NCBI RefSeq assembly: GCF_001194135.2
Contig: NC_069000.1
Coordinates: forward strand, 2,853,094-2,917,093
Source of the DNA: Octopus bimaculoides
Taxonomy: Eukaryota
Reading direction: 5' to 3'
DNA length: 64,000 bases
Positions within the stretch are counted from its first letter, which is position 1; each line of letters begins with the position of its first letter. This document shows positions 1-13,310 of the stretch, piece by piece. The notes under the pieces were generated by a model, which ran no database searches, was not told the origin of the DNA, and was given only the letters and a program-made list of their open reading frames with translations. The position numbers were made by a program, and so were the translations under genes.

Positions 1-318
1 TGGGGCATATATGTGTGGTGAAAAGTTTGTTTTCCAACCACATGGTTCCGGGTTCAGTCCCTCTGACATTCACCTTGGGTAAATATATTCTTTCATAGAC
101 TTGGGCTGATGAAAACTTATGAGTGCATTTGGTAGTGCACCTACCACCACTTGAAATTAATTTACATGCTGTAATTTTGCGGGTCGGCTAAAAGGAACCG
201 ATAGAATAAGTACCAGTCTTGAAAGAAAGATTACATCTGGGGTCGAATTGCTCGACTAAACCCTTCAAGAAAGTGCCCCAGCATGGCCGCAGTGCAATGA
301 ATGGAAGAAGCAAAAGAA
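1..318 (+). mobile_element. tRNA-derived SINE family A (octopus-type), internally deleted copy
   Basis: Head CCAACCACATGGTTCCGGGTTCAGTCC and 3' module GATAGAATAAGTAC...GGGGTCGA...CCCCAGCATGGCCGCAGT recur at many other loci in the window; the central microsatellite is missing here. Confidence 0.8.
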
Positions 319-2574
319 AATAGAATAATACTCAGATAATAAAAGGCAATGAGGGCAACCGTGTGTTCTAGAAATAACAGCTAGATCCAACATCGTTGTC
401 TTAAGTAATGAAGGGAAATAATGCATGCACATTAGAGAATGTAGTCTAAAAAGATGATATGGTCGCGTATGGAATATTTTGTGGTTTATTGTAGTAAATT
501 TCTCCACCAGATTTACTGCAAAAAGACGCAGAATATTAATGAAAAGAGATGGTTAATATGAAATCACGGGGACACACACATTACATATATATATATATGT
601 GTGTGTGTATGTATAGCAGGGAAGGCAAACGCTAAAGAAGAAGTGTCAAGCAGAGTACATTAATGTAAAGTAATTGCTCTGCTAAAGGCTGTCACAATAT
701 AGAAATATTTCCTACAATAATAATCCCAAATGGCAGCTCTGAATCTAATTTCTTCATCACATAACCATGTAGTTTGGGTATTGGTGATTCCTTCACCACC
801 TGAATTCATGTTTCACAAAAATCTTCTTAAAAATTTTCTGCTCTCATAGGAAATCGAAATAATGGTTTGTTTATTTGATTATGTATCTGCGGTTAGTTTT
901 GTTCTTGCGTTTAAAATGCTGTAACCGAGATAGTAGCAGTAAAGACTTCAGCCTTTCCATTAGTCATAATGTAGGACAAGAACAAGACATTTCCCTAAAT
1001 ATCCATTTATTAGTATATTTTCCTTGAATCGTTTGTTTTTTAACTCAAGATTTGAGAATTTTGCTATCTTTGATCCATAATTTTTATTAGCCATTGAAAT
1101 TCAGACACGCTACTCACACACAGGCTCACCTAATCTTATGTTCACCTACACATACATACACAGGCTTTCAACTCCCCCACCATATACACTAAGACACTCC
1201 ATCCTCACATGCACACACGTTCTTGCGCATCCCAGTTTAACCGAGTCACTGTTATCTCTCCTTCTATTGGCCGTCACCTTCCGGTCATTTGAACACATGG
1301 AACCATTAATCCCAACACATGTTTTCTCTCTGTTTTTTTTTTTGTCCCTCTCTCTCGATGTTTTCCTCTCATCCCTGTCAAGGATTGGAGTCTCGAAATG
1401 TCAAAGTTTCCTCCATTTTCTATAACATATTTGTAGCTTTCACATCTGAGACCATTAATCCCCACGAACCACATTAATTCGCTGTCACTGTTCACGATAC
1501 ACCAAAATCTCCCATTCCAGATTTTCATCCATGCTTGGCTGTTTTACAAAGCCCCAGAAGCATCGTTTTCAATGGATCAACTGATAAGAAAATGACTGGT
1601 ATTGTGTTTTATCGAAGCAGAAATGATAAAATATAAAGTTGCATTGGCTGCGGTCTGAGCTCAGAGCATAAATGCCAAGAAGTAAATAACACAAAGCATT
1701 TTTTCGACTCTGTAATGCTTCGGCAAATCCAGTGTGTTCTCATATTCATCATAAAGAAGAAAAAATAATAATAAAGCGGAGAATATGCAATTTGTCCTAA
1801 CGTTGATATAAAAATACATGTTTAATATCATAAATGCATAGCTGGATAAGAGAAGCCGTAAATTTGTGGATGATGTTACTGGCATCTATGTTCTGTGAAA
1901 TTAATACTTCCCGTATGAATGCATCGTAAAAAAAACACAGTTGTTTTCATTGTTCAATAAGAGTTGAGTCAGGCTAAATCTATGATCATAAAAAATAGGT
2001 TACATAGCTTTCATCCTTTTGGACAAGCTTTGAAAATAACCGAGTTTCCCTCCATGTTAAAGAGATGCAAAGTTTGGTTAAGTGAAGATATTGCCTTTTG
2101 CTACGCGTTGAAACCATTGTTGGTCTTTGTGGAGTGTAGACTATTTCTGAAGTTGTAGACTAAATTTTGCACTAAAATGCTTCAAGGTGGTGCCCCAGAA
2201 TGGCCGCAACCTAATGACTGAAAGATGTAAGTACCTCACCGTCTCTCTCCGAGGAGGACGTCCATAAAATAGAGTACCTCATGATGAATACGGCAGTAAA
2301 TCGCGTACTTTTCCTAAATATGCCCCGCTCTGTTTAACTTAATCGAAAACAAATTAAAGAAAGAAATGACCTCAAATTTCAAACAATAGCCGGAAGAATT
2401 TCTTCAAGGGATACCACACAAGCCATAAAATAATAGCAACTCTCTACGTGAATGGGCCATGGCACCACAAAATGTGAGACTTAAAAATCACTTAACGTGT
2501 GCTATTACGAGATGTCTTTTAGTTTGATACGGCCTGGACCAAGTTTTGACTGAAACATGTCTAAGATTTGTGAG

Positions 2575-2765
2575 CGTGTAGCCTAGGTGATAGGGTGCTG
2601 GGATTGTTTACCAAAGTGAGTGGAGAATTGTGTTGTTGCGAAGAGCTCTTCATTTCACATTGATCCACTCCACTGTATAGTAAATGGGTAACCTTGCGAA
2701 GGAATAGCCTTCCTGCTCACCTAGCCAGTGACGTGGCATCAATCGAAAACTAAAAACGGAGTGTG
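2575..2765 (+). mobile_element. degenerate tRNA-derived SINE (family D)
   Basis: A-box-like head GTGTAGCCTAGGTGATAGGG; body GTAAATGGG...CACCTAGCCAG resembles the minus-strand copy at 29140-29360. Confidence 0.5.
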
Positions 2766-3422
2766 CATTGTGACCAGCGAGGTATTACAACGTCCAATAT
2801 TCTTGTCGATGATATAATCATATATGTATATTAAGTATGGTACATAGATGGCTATTAAAATTTCAATGGAATTTACTATACATTAACGCATGTGATTTTC
2901 CCTTTCGATAACCGAAACAGCTATCATCATATTCATGTTCGAATCTGCCAGATCATGTGAAGATCAAATCTATGAGTCAATAGCTTATTGTTTGTTTATA
3001 CATTTGTCTAATGAAAAATTTAATATTATAAAATGGACCTTGCAAAAAGTTCGAAATTTCATTCTATTATTTCAAAATAATTCTCTGAATACTTTTTGAA
3101 AGGAATTTTTTTATTTCACTCTCGGCTAAAACATGATTAATAGAAAAGCAGATATCTCCAATATTTGATATTATCAACAAAAAAGCTATTATTTCGATTT
3201 CCCATGATGATAAAAAAAAAAATCAGGAAGAATTCTGCTGAAAACATTTGAGTTCAGTTTGTGAAGGAAAATTCACCACACAAATCAGATATAATGTGAA
3301 GAATATATTAGATCCAGCGTTGACATTTCGGATTATTATTGCAGAAATAAGTACTAGTTACTGACAGCCCTTTAGCACCGCAATAATTTTACATAATAGT
3401 ATTTTGTATTCTTCACCCCCCC

Positions 3423-3466
<44 letters not shown>

Positions 3467-4826
3467 GATGTGTGTGTATATAATTGCAAACGTATATACC
3501 TGTGTGTATGTCTATATGCCTATATATATATATAAATCAGTGAATGGACAAACGAAAGGAAAGGAGATATTTGGTAGAAGTTCCATCTATTACTTCGTTA
3601 CAGTTTGACTCAGCCCCAGGAAACTTAATGTTTGTAGCCTCGTAGAAAGAACCTAACTCGTCAGGTATCTGGAAATCTATCTCTTCATAGCTAACGAGCT
3701 GAGATTTTTGTCACGCCAAAACCTCATCGACTTGAGCAATGTCTTTCAAAAATCTTACACGTGACATAAATTGTATAACAACGACTTCACTGTCCAAGGT
3801 ATAATTCTTTATTTATGAACGTAAGGTGTGGTTTAAGTAAGATATACAAACTACTATTTGTAGATGATAGTCTACCCTCGGTAAGCAACTTCCTTGATAT
3901 TGTAGCAGAGAAAAGTGTGGGAAGAAGATTGGAATACTGACGGAAAAGTAAATAAGAAAGTTACGTTTATCTATATAGTCACTATTTTTATTATTTGATA
4001 AACTGTAATATGTGAACGATTTCATCATTTCCTCAAAGAACATGTGTTCGAAACGCCAGACGTTTTTTCAAACCACATTGCAATCAAACTTATTGAACCT
4101 ACAAAGTCTTTTAGATTATATAATTGAGCAAGTTTTCCTTATTTTCAGTGAGCAAATATAGCCATCACATGGCTGCACAGATTACAATAAAAACCTACTG
4201 GAGACTGTTACACAGAATATAAATATTTCTTATTTTCCATATGTCAAAGGCACTAATGATCTTCGCAACAAAAGATATATTTGAATACAAAATCGAAATA
4301 TTAAACATTCGAACATATGTCTTTTGATGTTACCAGTAAGCGCAGTATTGGTCGTTAAGTTTTCTCTTTCACATACCTAGACATATTCATTTCTTACCAA
4401 CGTATTTGCAGTCTTAGTAAATGGCTAGCGTTCGTCTTTATTTCTCTCTATCTTTCCCAATGCACTGAGTGAGTAGTACAGAGTTAAATAAAATCTTTTT
4501 AGCTTCATTTTTCATATGTTGGCTGATACCACCTCACAGTAAAAGGTTTCTAACGGGAATGAAGAAAATTACTTTCAACGTAATTTCAAGTCAGCCATTA
4601 TTTTATTTCCACTGACTGAAAATATTAAAGTACATTTCTTTCTTTTTTCTTACTCCTGATCGTATCAACAAAATGTCACGAAATCTATGTACCATGGTTC
4701 TAATGGAAGAAGAAAAAAAGGTAGGAAAAGCAGAAGAAGAATCTATGAAAGTTACTGTATCTAGGAAACGGTAGCAACCATAGTAACACGGATCGAGATA
4801 GATCCCCGCTGCATACATGTGCACAA

Positions 4827-4873
<47 letters not shown>

Positions 4874-6380
4874 AGATGAAGTAAATTAAGTAGAGAAATG
4901 AAGATAAATCACATTAGAAACTAATCGACTCAATACGTGTTAACACGTATACAGACACATCATTCAAATGGAAAGAATAATGCATTTTAATAATATACCA
5001 TCGGAACATTTAGAAGTTGATATGAGTCAGGTTCAAAAGAAAATGAATGTATTATTTTAATGAACAAGCGGACAATAAATAGAAATTAAAAGTAATATAT
5101 CTTATACAGAGAACTTTATTGGAAAATGTTGGTCTGTAATTTAGTGATTCGAGAGATAATCAGATGATGACGAACCAAGTAAACGTTGCAGTTCCTCTTT
5201 GACACAGTATCATAAAATATGCCCAAAGACGTCACTTGCATGTTGATATCAATTACTAACTTGTACCACGTTCGGCTAATTGGTTGAGGTACCTCATTGA
5301 CTGCGACCATACAGGCACCTTCACAGATTTATCACCTCCCATGCAAGAAATGTTTCCTCGATATAGAGGAGGAGAGCTGCACCAACACAGGGGAGGTAAT
5401 TATTTCCGTTGAGTAGAGAGGAACAAAGCGAAAAGGAGTGCAACTTCTCCAACGATACGACACGCCATTCGGTCCAAAAATAGATTCAATTTCCCTATGA
5501 TTGTAAGTTTAATACATACACTGTTCGTCTACGTATCTTGTATATACAGCCTCAGAACACTGTGGAATACATTTGAAATAAATAACGTAGTCATGTATAT
5601 GAGATAGCATTAAGCATTATATATTCGTATTTATGTATTAAATTACGAATTTAATTAGTTTTCACCCTTAATAATAATACCATTTATAACTTGTAAAAGA
5701 TTACATGCTATAAAACTTTTATGTAACATCAGTCGGGTATGTCTTACAGTGCTCATATGTGCTCAACCTCGTTGCACTGAAAGCAACAAAATAAAGTATG
5801 GACAAAACTTCGACGGAGATGTCATATATTATGATATATGCGTGAGCTATTAAATATTATCGTACCACCGAGGAATATGAATTTGGCTTTCATCCATTTA
5901 GATGCAATGAAGTAAATACAGATCATATATCTGTGTCTATTATGTGGTCTGTTATACTTCTATATGTTATACTGTATTTCAAATTATCTAAGAAATATTA
6001 AAACCATTCATACAAGCAAGCATGGAAACATGTTTCGAAATATTATCTTAGCATTCACTCGCAAATAAATATAACATGAATGATTGTACCACACTTTCGC
6101 TAATTGATTTACACGAACAGACAATGGCTACACTCGGCTCTTCTTTTCTCGATTAAGTGGAACTCCGTTCGTGACAGATGGAGGAAAGGAAAATTGCACC
6201 AGGACCAAGTCGGTACTTATTTACAATTGAGCAGTTTGAGCTTAAAACAAAATTATGCACCGTGATGAAAAATACAATGCACTGCCCATTCCAGAAATGA
6301 AATCAAGTGTAAAGGCCTAATATTTGCATACATACACACGTACGCATATACGAATACGTAAGCGGACGCCGGTGTGTGCC

Positions 6381-6446
<66 letters not shown>

Positions 6447-7789
6447 TTATGTATATGTTTACTGAGGCGGCTAAATGTTTGCGAAATAGTAGACGGCACG
6501 TTATATATGGTCGTTCGCATACTGTGATATCAAAACCTGAAAATTGTAGTAGATCACACTCCAGTCATTCAGTTATCGACTTATAAATAGTGTACATAAG
6601 GTTAAAATGCAAGTTGTTTATTCCAGTATTACAAATTTGTATGTAGATGTTAAATTCGTGTAAGGAATGCATGAGAGATGGAAGCCCTGGAAAGTGTTTT
6701 CGTACTGTATATTGACCATTACACGTGATTCACTTGCTAACAGGTATTACAAAATTGCACATGTAATAGAAAACATACAAGGATACCTCTCCTATTACAA
6801 ATTTTTCAGACAAACAATCGAATAATACTTTTATTATTTGTTCCACTGTCTAAATAATGTATGATAGGAAGCATCTTACATGTTTATGCTGCATCTACAA
6901 TTTTGAAGTTTCTATTAGCAAAAGAAACACTTGTAATGGTGAATAAGTTTTACGAATAAATCTTTCCAGTCTCCTATTTTGATATATATATATATATCAA
7001 AATAGGAGACTGGAAAGATNNNNNNNNNNNNNNNNNNNNNNNNNNNNNNNNNNNNNNTGTGTGTGTGTGTGTGTGTGTGTATGTGTGTGCTGAGAGGACA
7101 TAGGTTTATATCTTCATGTGTCTATATAGGCGATGAGAGAATTGAAAATATGAAGGGGAAAAACATCATTATCTATGAGACATTTTTTCTTGTCGTACAA
7201 TTAATACATAACATTTTCCTTATTAATAAAAGTAGACACCTTTTTTTTTAAATTCTTTCTCATTGTTCCTTTGATTTCTTTTCTGTCATTCTTTTTCCTT
7301 GAGAGAAGAAAATCAACAGGAAACTTAGAAGAACGATTGCTCAAAACACAATTAGAACGTTTTAATGACAATTGTGATTTATATAGATAACAGTTGAGTG
7401 TTGAACCTTTACAATTTATTCTAAACCGTTAAAGGGGAGGTAGTTTACGAGACGGAAAGAAATATTAATTAGAATACTAAATATTCAATTCTATTTTTCT
7501 CCATTAATTATATTTATGTCTGTATTATTAAAAGACTCTGTTTGGAAATAAAATTCTTTTGGATTATAATTACTTTTATGCAGAAATGTTCTTTATTTTT
7601 CCTTTTCGTTTAGTTTTTCGTTTTTAATATTCGTGACATCCTCCCTTCGGTGGTAGCTGAATCGAAAGTATCATTACATCTAATAAAAATATTCTAGATG
7701 CTTCCTGATTTGCTAGAGTTTTGGTTTCTCGGACTTTAAGAATAATGGTGACATAAATGATGCCACTGGTTGATGCCACATTTGTCTTC

Positions 7790-7935
7790 AACATAGCCGC
7801 ATGTGACGCTGCGCGGTAATATGTTTGCTTCCCAATTACATGGTTCCGAGTTCAGTCACGCTGCGCGTCACGTTGCACAAAGACTTGTGAACTAATTTGG
7901 GAGACGGAAACTGAAAGAAAACACCTAAGAAATAG

Positions 7936-7968
<33 letters not shown>

Positions 7969-8095
7969 CTGCCACCAATTAACAACCGGTTGGTTTGCTC
8001 GTGTCGTGTCATCTGCAAAATTGATCGATTGCATTAGTATCAGATTTAAAAATATAATACTAATGTCGATTTTTTTCGACTAAAATGTCTTCAAT
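7790..8095 (+). mobile_element. SINE family A copy with internal (GT)n
   Basis: ACATGGTTCCGAGTTCAGTC head, GACGGAAACTGAAAGAA, (GT)n, TCGACTAAA tail. Confidence 0.75.
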
Positions 8096-8112
8096 ACATT
8101 ACCCAATACATC

Positions 8113-8262
8113 ACCGTCAGTGTTCAGTTGGTTCTTATTTTATCTACCCGGAAATGACGAAAGGCAAACTGGACCTCGGCAGGATTTGAACTGAGAAAGC
8201 CTAAAGGTAGACGAAATGCCGTTTTGCATTTTACCAGTGGATTATGCCAGATTGCTACCTTC
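8113..8262 (-). mobile_element. short tRNA-derived SINE family B
   Basis: GGCAAA...CTCGGCAGGATTTGAACT...AGACGAAATGCC matches the copies at 30909-31361. Confidence 0.7.
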
Positions 8263-9852
8263 AAGGAATGTCATAAAGTTTTCGTGTTAACTTCGATTTC
8301 CTCTATCGAACATCCAAATAAAAAAATGTAAATATTGTAAAGAATTTACCTTGTTGATTTAATTCCCCGCCCCCTCTAGCGATAATAAAACAAGACACGG
8401 AAAGCATTATATAAATTCGTAGAAGAATGTGAATGATGTTATGGTTCCTTGTATATTGTTTATTGGTTGCGTAGTGTCTGGTTCTATATAAAAACAGACA
8501 ATCAGAAATACAGTGTTTACTCGAGAATATACTCTGGTCTGATCAACATATAAATATGCAACAACGTTCTGCTATACACGTCACTGAAAATGGCCGTGCA
8601 TCCATCGGATAAAACTGAGATGTATATGCAGCAACATCGGTAACTGGTATATCTAAACTTAGCAACAATATTTCATTAAATTAATATATCTACATTGAAT
8701 GAACAAAGATACGAAAATAGTAAATGCTATACGAATATCTAAATGAATATATGATCATCTAGCAAATTATGTACGAAAATAGGAAGGGGATGGGTTTGGA
8801 GAACTCATTAACAATTAAGACGAGGTCAGACTAAAATCAATTAAGAATCTTGTATGGCAAGTGGATGCGACCAAAACAGAAACTATTTATTCAGAACACC
8901 TCTTAACTAATTACTCACCTAGTAGCAAATTGAATTAGATGAGGCCGCGATATATGTGGAAGGAAAGATTTCAACATAAATCACAGTTTGTGGAATGATT
9001 GAATCCGACATTATGGTAGTCAGCAACAAAAACATTAATATACACCATACATTCATCCGAAAATTAGTCGCAAGATGGCGGAAAACTGGAAACGCTACAT
9101 ACAAATTACAAACCGCTAATTTTACACAACTAACAAGATTACTCTATTATTTCTTATCTCTGATTCATCTAAAGTCCTCTAAACTCAACATCACTCTTCA
9201 CATTCTCTCCACACATTCTCTCCGTCTTTTTCTGTCTTACTCGCCATTGTTCCTTTCCATTATCTCCCTCATAAATCGTAAGATATCTAACGTATTCACT
9301 TAGAAATTGTCTTTTGAACATTGATAAATTATACAGATTATCTCAAGCATAATCATTATTACCAATGTCATCAATTAGACATATACTAGATATCTTTTTT
9401 TCTTCTCTCGTTATCGAGAATCTTATTGTTCTTAGAATTATTCTGCTAAATTATATCTATTTGGTGGTATGTTATATTAATTCGTTTTCATTGTATTTAT
9501 CAATTCATGTTTGCTTGATATTGATTAGTTTACAAAAATTATCAGTAAATACGATTCAATTTGATATGTGGTATAGTGGGTGAAAACGGAAGATGTTTCA
9601 TTCATCGAATAACAAAACTTTTTTTTTATATAATAATAAGCAATAGTAATAATTATCTTATTATAATTCTGAAAGTAGAATATCTTGATTGAAATATAAT
9701 AAGGAAATACTGTATGTAGTAAAGTGTAAAATAATATCGAAACATATTTTATCAGTTCGTAGATATGAGGCAAGAGATTTTTATGTTTGCTGTCTTCAGA
9801 TGTTCTCCTGTAGCCAGCAGATGAGCGCAAATATATACATACATACATACAT

Positions 9853-9909
<57 letters not shown>

Positions 9910-10895
9910 AGATAGCGGAGAGAGAGATATAGGGAGAGAGAATATGATGAATACATACATATACAAATGTATCATACAAATCATGTAAGATGGAGTCTTT
10001 CATACGTTTGCTGTGCCAGATTTTGTACCTATACCTATCTCTGTATCTAATCTATCTTATTATCTATCTACCTGTCATTTTCTCTCTCTCTCATATATAT
10101 ATATATATAGATCGGAAGNNNNNNNNNNTATATATATATATAATTAAAGATATACTCAAAAGAATATTGCCCAAGTTGATGATTTGTAGAAGTGAAGAAT
10201 TATTCTATCGACTTCGTTGTTCAACCGTTAAGTTCTTGGAACATGATCGAATCAGCACTGGTTCTATGCAGAAGGAGAAAACTGAGGGACAAAGATACAA
10301 TCGTACAGACACTCTGTCTCTCTCTCTCTATTTCACACTCACACCCACACATGTGTATATATATATATATATATATATATTGAGCTTTCTCACGATTTTT
10401 GTCTATCAAATTCACCAACACGGATTTGATCAGGACTAAGATATAGTAGAAGACAATTGTGCATGGTTCTGCGCTGTGAGATTGAACCAGAATTCACGTG
10501 GTTGCAAAACAAGTTCTATTACTCCAAAGAAAGGCCTACACCTGTCCGCGTGTCTCAGACTCTCTGTTCTCTTATAGAAACAAGTACACATTTACACGAA
10601 TGCAGATATAAGCTGAAGTAAAATCGAAAACAGACGACCAGAGGTATTTTAGATGGTCCCTCGATCTACCAGACTAGAAATAACAATGGCCCAAGTGTCC
10701 AATCTAATCTTTACCGACTTAGATATGAACGAGAGACTCTATGAACTAGTTTAATGAACTTAAGATTTATAGATTTTTCTCCTTACATCATTACCTGAAC
10801 ATCAAAAGTGAACATAAAACTATACTTTATATTCATCACTGAATCATAAAACGAAGGCAGAACCTTGTCGATATAATCAACTTGAACAGTAATCA

Positions 10896-10928
<33 letters not shown>

Positions 10929-11689
10929 NNNNNNNNNNNNNNNNNNNNNNNNNNNNNNNNNNNNNNNNNNNNNNNNNNNNNNNNNNNNNNNNNNNNNNNN
11001 NNNNNNNNNNNNNNNNNNNNNNNNNNNNNNNNNNNNNNNNNNNNNNNNNNNNNNNNNNNNNNNNNNNNNNNNNNNNNNNNNNNNNNNNNNNNNNNNNNNN
11101 NNNNNNNNNNNNNNNNNNNNNNNNNNNNNNNNNNNNNNNNNNNNNNNNNNNNNNNNNNNNNNNNNNNNNNNNNNNNNNNNNNNNNNNNNNNNNNNNNNNN
11201 NNNNNNNNNNNNNNNNNNNNNNNNNNNNNNNNNNNNNNNNNNNNNNNNNNNNNNNNNNNNNNNNNNNNNNNNNNNNNNNNNNNNNNNNNNNNNNNNNNNN
11301 NNNNNNNNNNNNNNNNNNNNNNNNNNNNNNNNNNNNNNNNNNNNNACTGGAAGTGTCTTAGGCTAGAGCTCCAGATAGATGAAGACCTTGTGGATGAAGT
11401 TGTTAGACGGATATCGTGCGGAAACCCACCATGCATTTATATTTATTTATTTATATATATATAAGTGTGCGTGTGTGCGCCCGCGAGAGAGTGTTTTTAC
11501 CCTGCCCCATAATCACTTAATTGATTTTTTATGTCTTCGCAGCGTAGCGGTTCGACCATAGTGACTTATAAAACAAGTTAAACTTTAAAGTAAAAAAAAC
11601 GGGATTGATTTATTCAACGAAACACTTGTAGGCGATGCTCCAGCCTGACTGTAGTCCAGTCAGCAAAATAAGATGAAGAGATACATATA

Positions 11690-12022
11690 ACTTTGTGTCG
11701 ACCAAAGATTCATGGGTGAATTTTGTAGAGGGAAAGTGAAAGAAGCCCGTCAGATGTATATATATGCGTATGTATATATGGGGTGGGTGTCCATATGTCT
11801 GTGTTTTTTCTCCACCACCGCCTGACAACCAGTGTTTGTTTGTTTGCATCCGCGTAACATACCAATTTGGTAAAAACAGACCTAGAAAATAAGTAACAGG
11901 CTTAAAAGGATAAAAAAAAAATAATTAAGTACTGGCATCGTTTTTTTTTTTCGACTAAAGATTTCTTCAAAGAGGTGCTCCAGCATGGCCGCAGTCTTAT
12001 GACTGAAACAAGTAAAAGATAA
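11690..12022 (+). mobile_element. SINE family A copy (5'-truncated)
   Basis: GAAAGAAGCCCGTC, microsatellite, CTGACAACC, then GGTGCTCCAGCATGGCCGCAGTC...GACTGAAACAAGTAAAAGA. Confidence 0.8.
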
Positions 12023-12703
12023 TATGTTTGTGTGTGTATGTGTTTATGTACGTATAGTTGACTTTCCCTTCTACTTATAGAGACAATGTCCGCTGCACGC
12101 TTCTAAACGAGGCTATTCTTGGTTCATTTTCTTCATTTCATCATCCTGATGTCTGTATTGATAGCCATTAACAATTTCAGTTAATGTGACTTACACGATG
12201 ATTTATGTATGGTTTGTGGCTGAATCCCAATTGTCGGTGATCTCACTGAGGCATTCACTTGGCATAATTCCATTCATACAGCCTCTATTCTCTTTTATTG
12301 ATCATCGACAATCTAGTTAGTGGACCATTACAAAAAAAAAAAAAAAGGAAAAACTAAAAAGAACGAAGCACATTTATTTTCCTAATTAGTATCATTTGAC
12401 GATAAAAACAAAACTAGTACACTTGACAAGACAGAGCGAGATACGATCTATCACTTTGAGATTTGTATGTATTTATCTATGTGTGTCTATTTTCTATTGT
12501 GTTTTCTGATACAAATTACAATCTGATTACTAATACCAGAATCACAACGCCAAATTTGAATTGGTTACGTAAATAAACATTGCATTACAATGGAAATTTA
12601 CTAATATCGTAAAATGGAAGCTGTTGGTGCTGTCGACTGCCTCGTGGTAGACATCATCAATGATCGTCGTTTCTTATTGAACTGTCATTGATCGAGACTA
12701 GAT

Positions 12704-12816
12704 CAGTGGTTCCCAATCTTTTCACAGTGGTTCCCAACAGTGCTTCCCTAATCTTCTATTTAAATTAGCTTTCACACGGAGCCCCCTTAAAATGCTCACC
12801 CTTATGTATACATACA

Positions 12817-12857
<41 letters not shown>

Positions 12858-12914
12858 CACAGACCCCCTTTGCGGACCACCAGATGTCCACGGACCCCAG
12901 TTTGAGAATCACTT
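12704..12914. mobile_element. hAT (Charlie-like) non-autonomous MITE
   Basis: Imperfect TIRs CAGTGGTTCCCAA / TTGAGAATCACTT; 8-bp flanks GACTAGAT and CTTTAGAT, each one mismatch from the Charlie target consensus NTCTAGAN; internal (AT)n. Confidence 0.65.
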
Positions 12915-13029
12915 CTTTAGATTCAATTCTAGAGGACTCTAAATTCTAAAGTTCGGCCGCAGAGTTTCTTTTTAGGTGTCGTGTTTATATAATTTATACA
13001 TTTCCTTTTGCTAAATAGTTAAGTTGCAG

Positions 13030-13310
13030 CAATGCAGATAAACCAACACCGGATGTCAAGCGATAGAAATGGAGACACACTCAATGCACCACACATATAA
13101 ACATGTACATTCACGCACTTACACACGTACACTCACACATACACATCACAATGGGCTTCTTTTCAGTTTCCCTCAAACAAACTCAGACATGAGCTTTTGG
13201 TTGCCTTGGGTGAAGAAGACACTTGCGCAACGTGATGCACAGTGGGACAGAACCCAGGATCCTGTGGTTCGGAAGCAAACCACTCCTAACCGCACAGCCA
13301 GGCACGTGTG
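13030..13310 (-). mobile_element. SINE family A copy
   Basis: Reverse complement of the family A head (GAAGACACTTG...GTGGGACAGAACCC...TGGTTCGGAAGCAA) and body. Confidence 0.75.

Noticed and set aside
5327-5395. Possible 69-nt plus-strand exon (IYHLPCKKCFLDIEEESCTNTGE or DLSPPMQEMFPRYRGGELHQHRG)
   Set aside because: Good donor but weak pyrimidine tract, ambiguous frame and no recognisable homology
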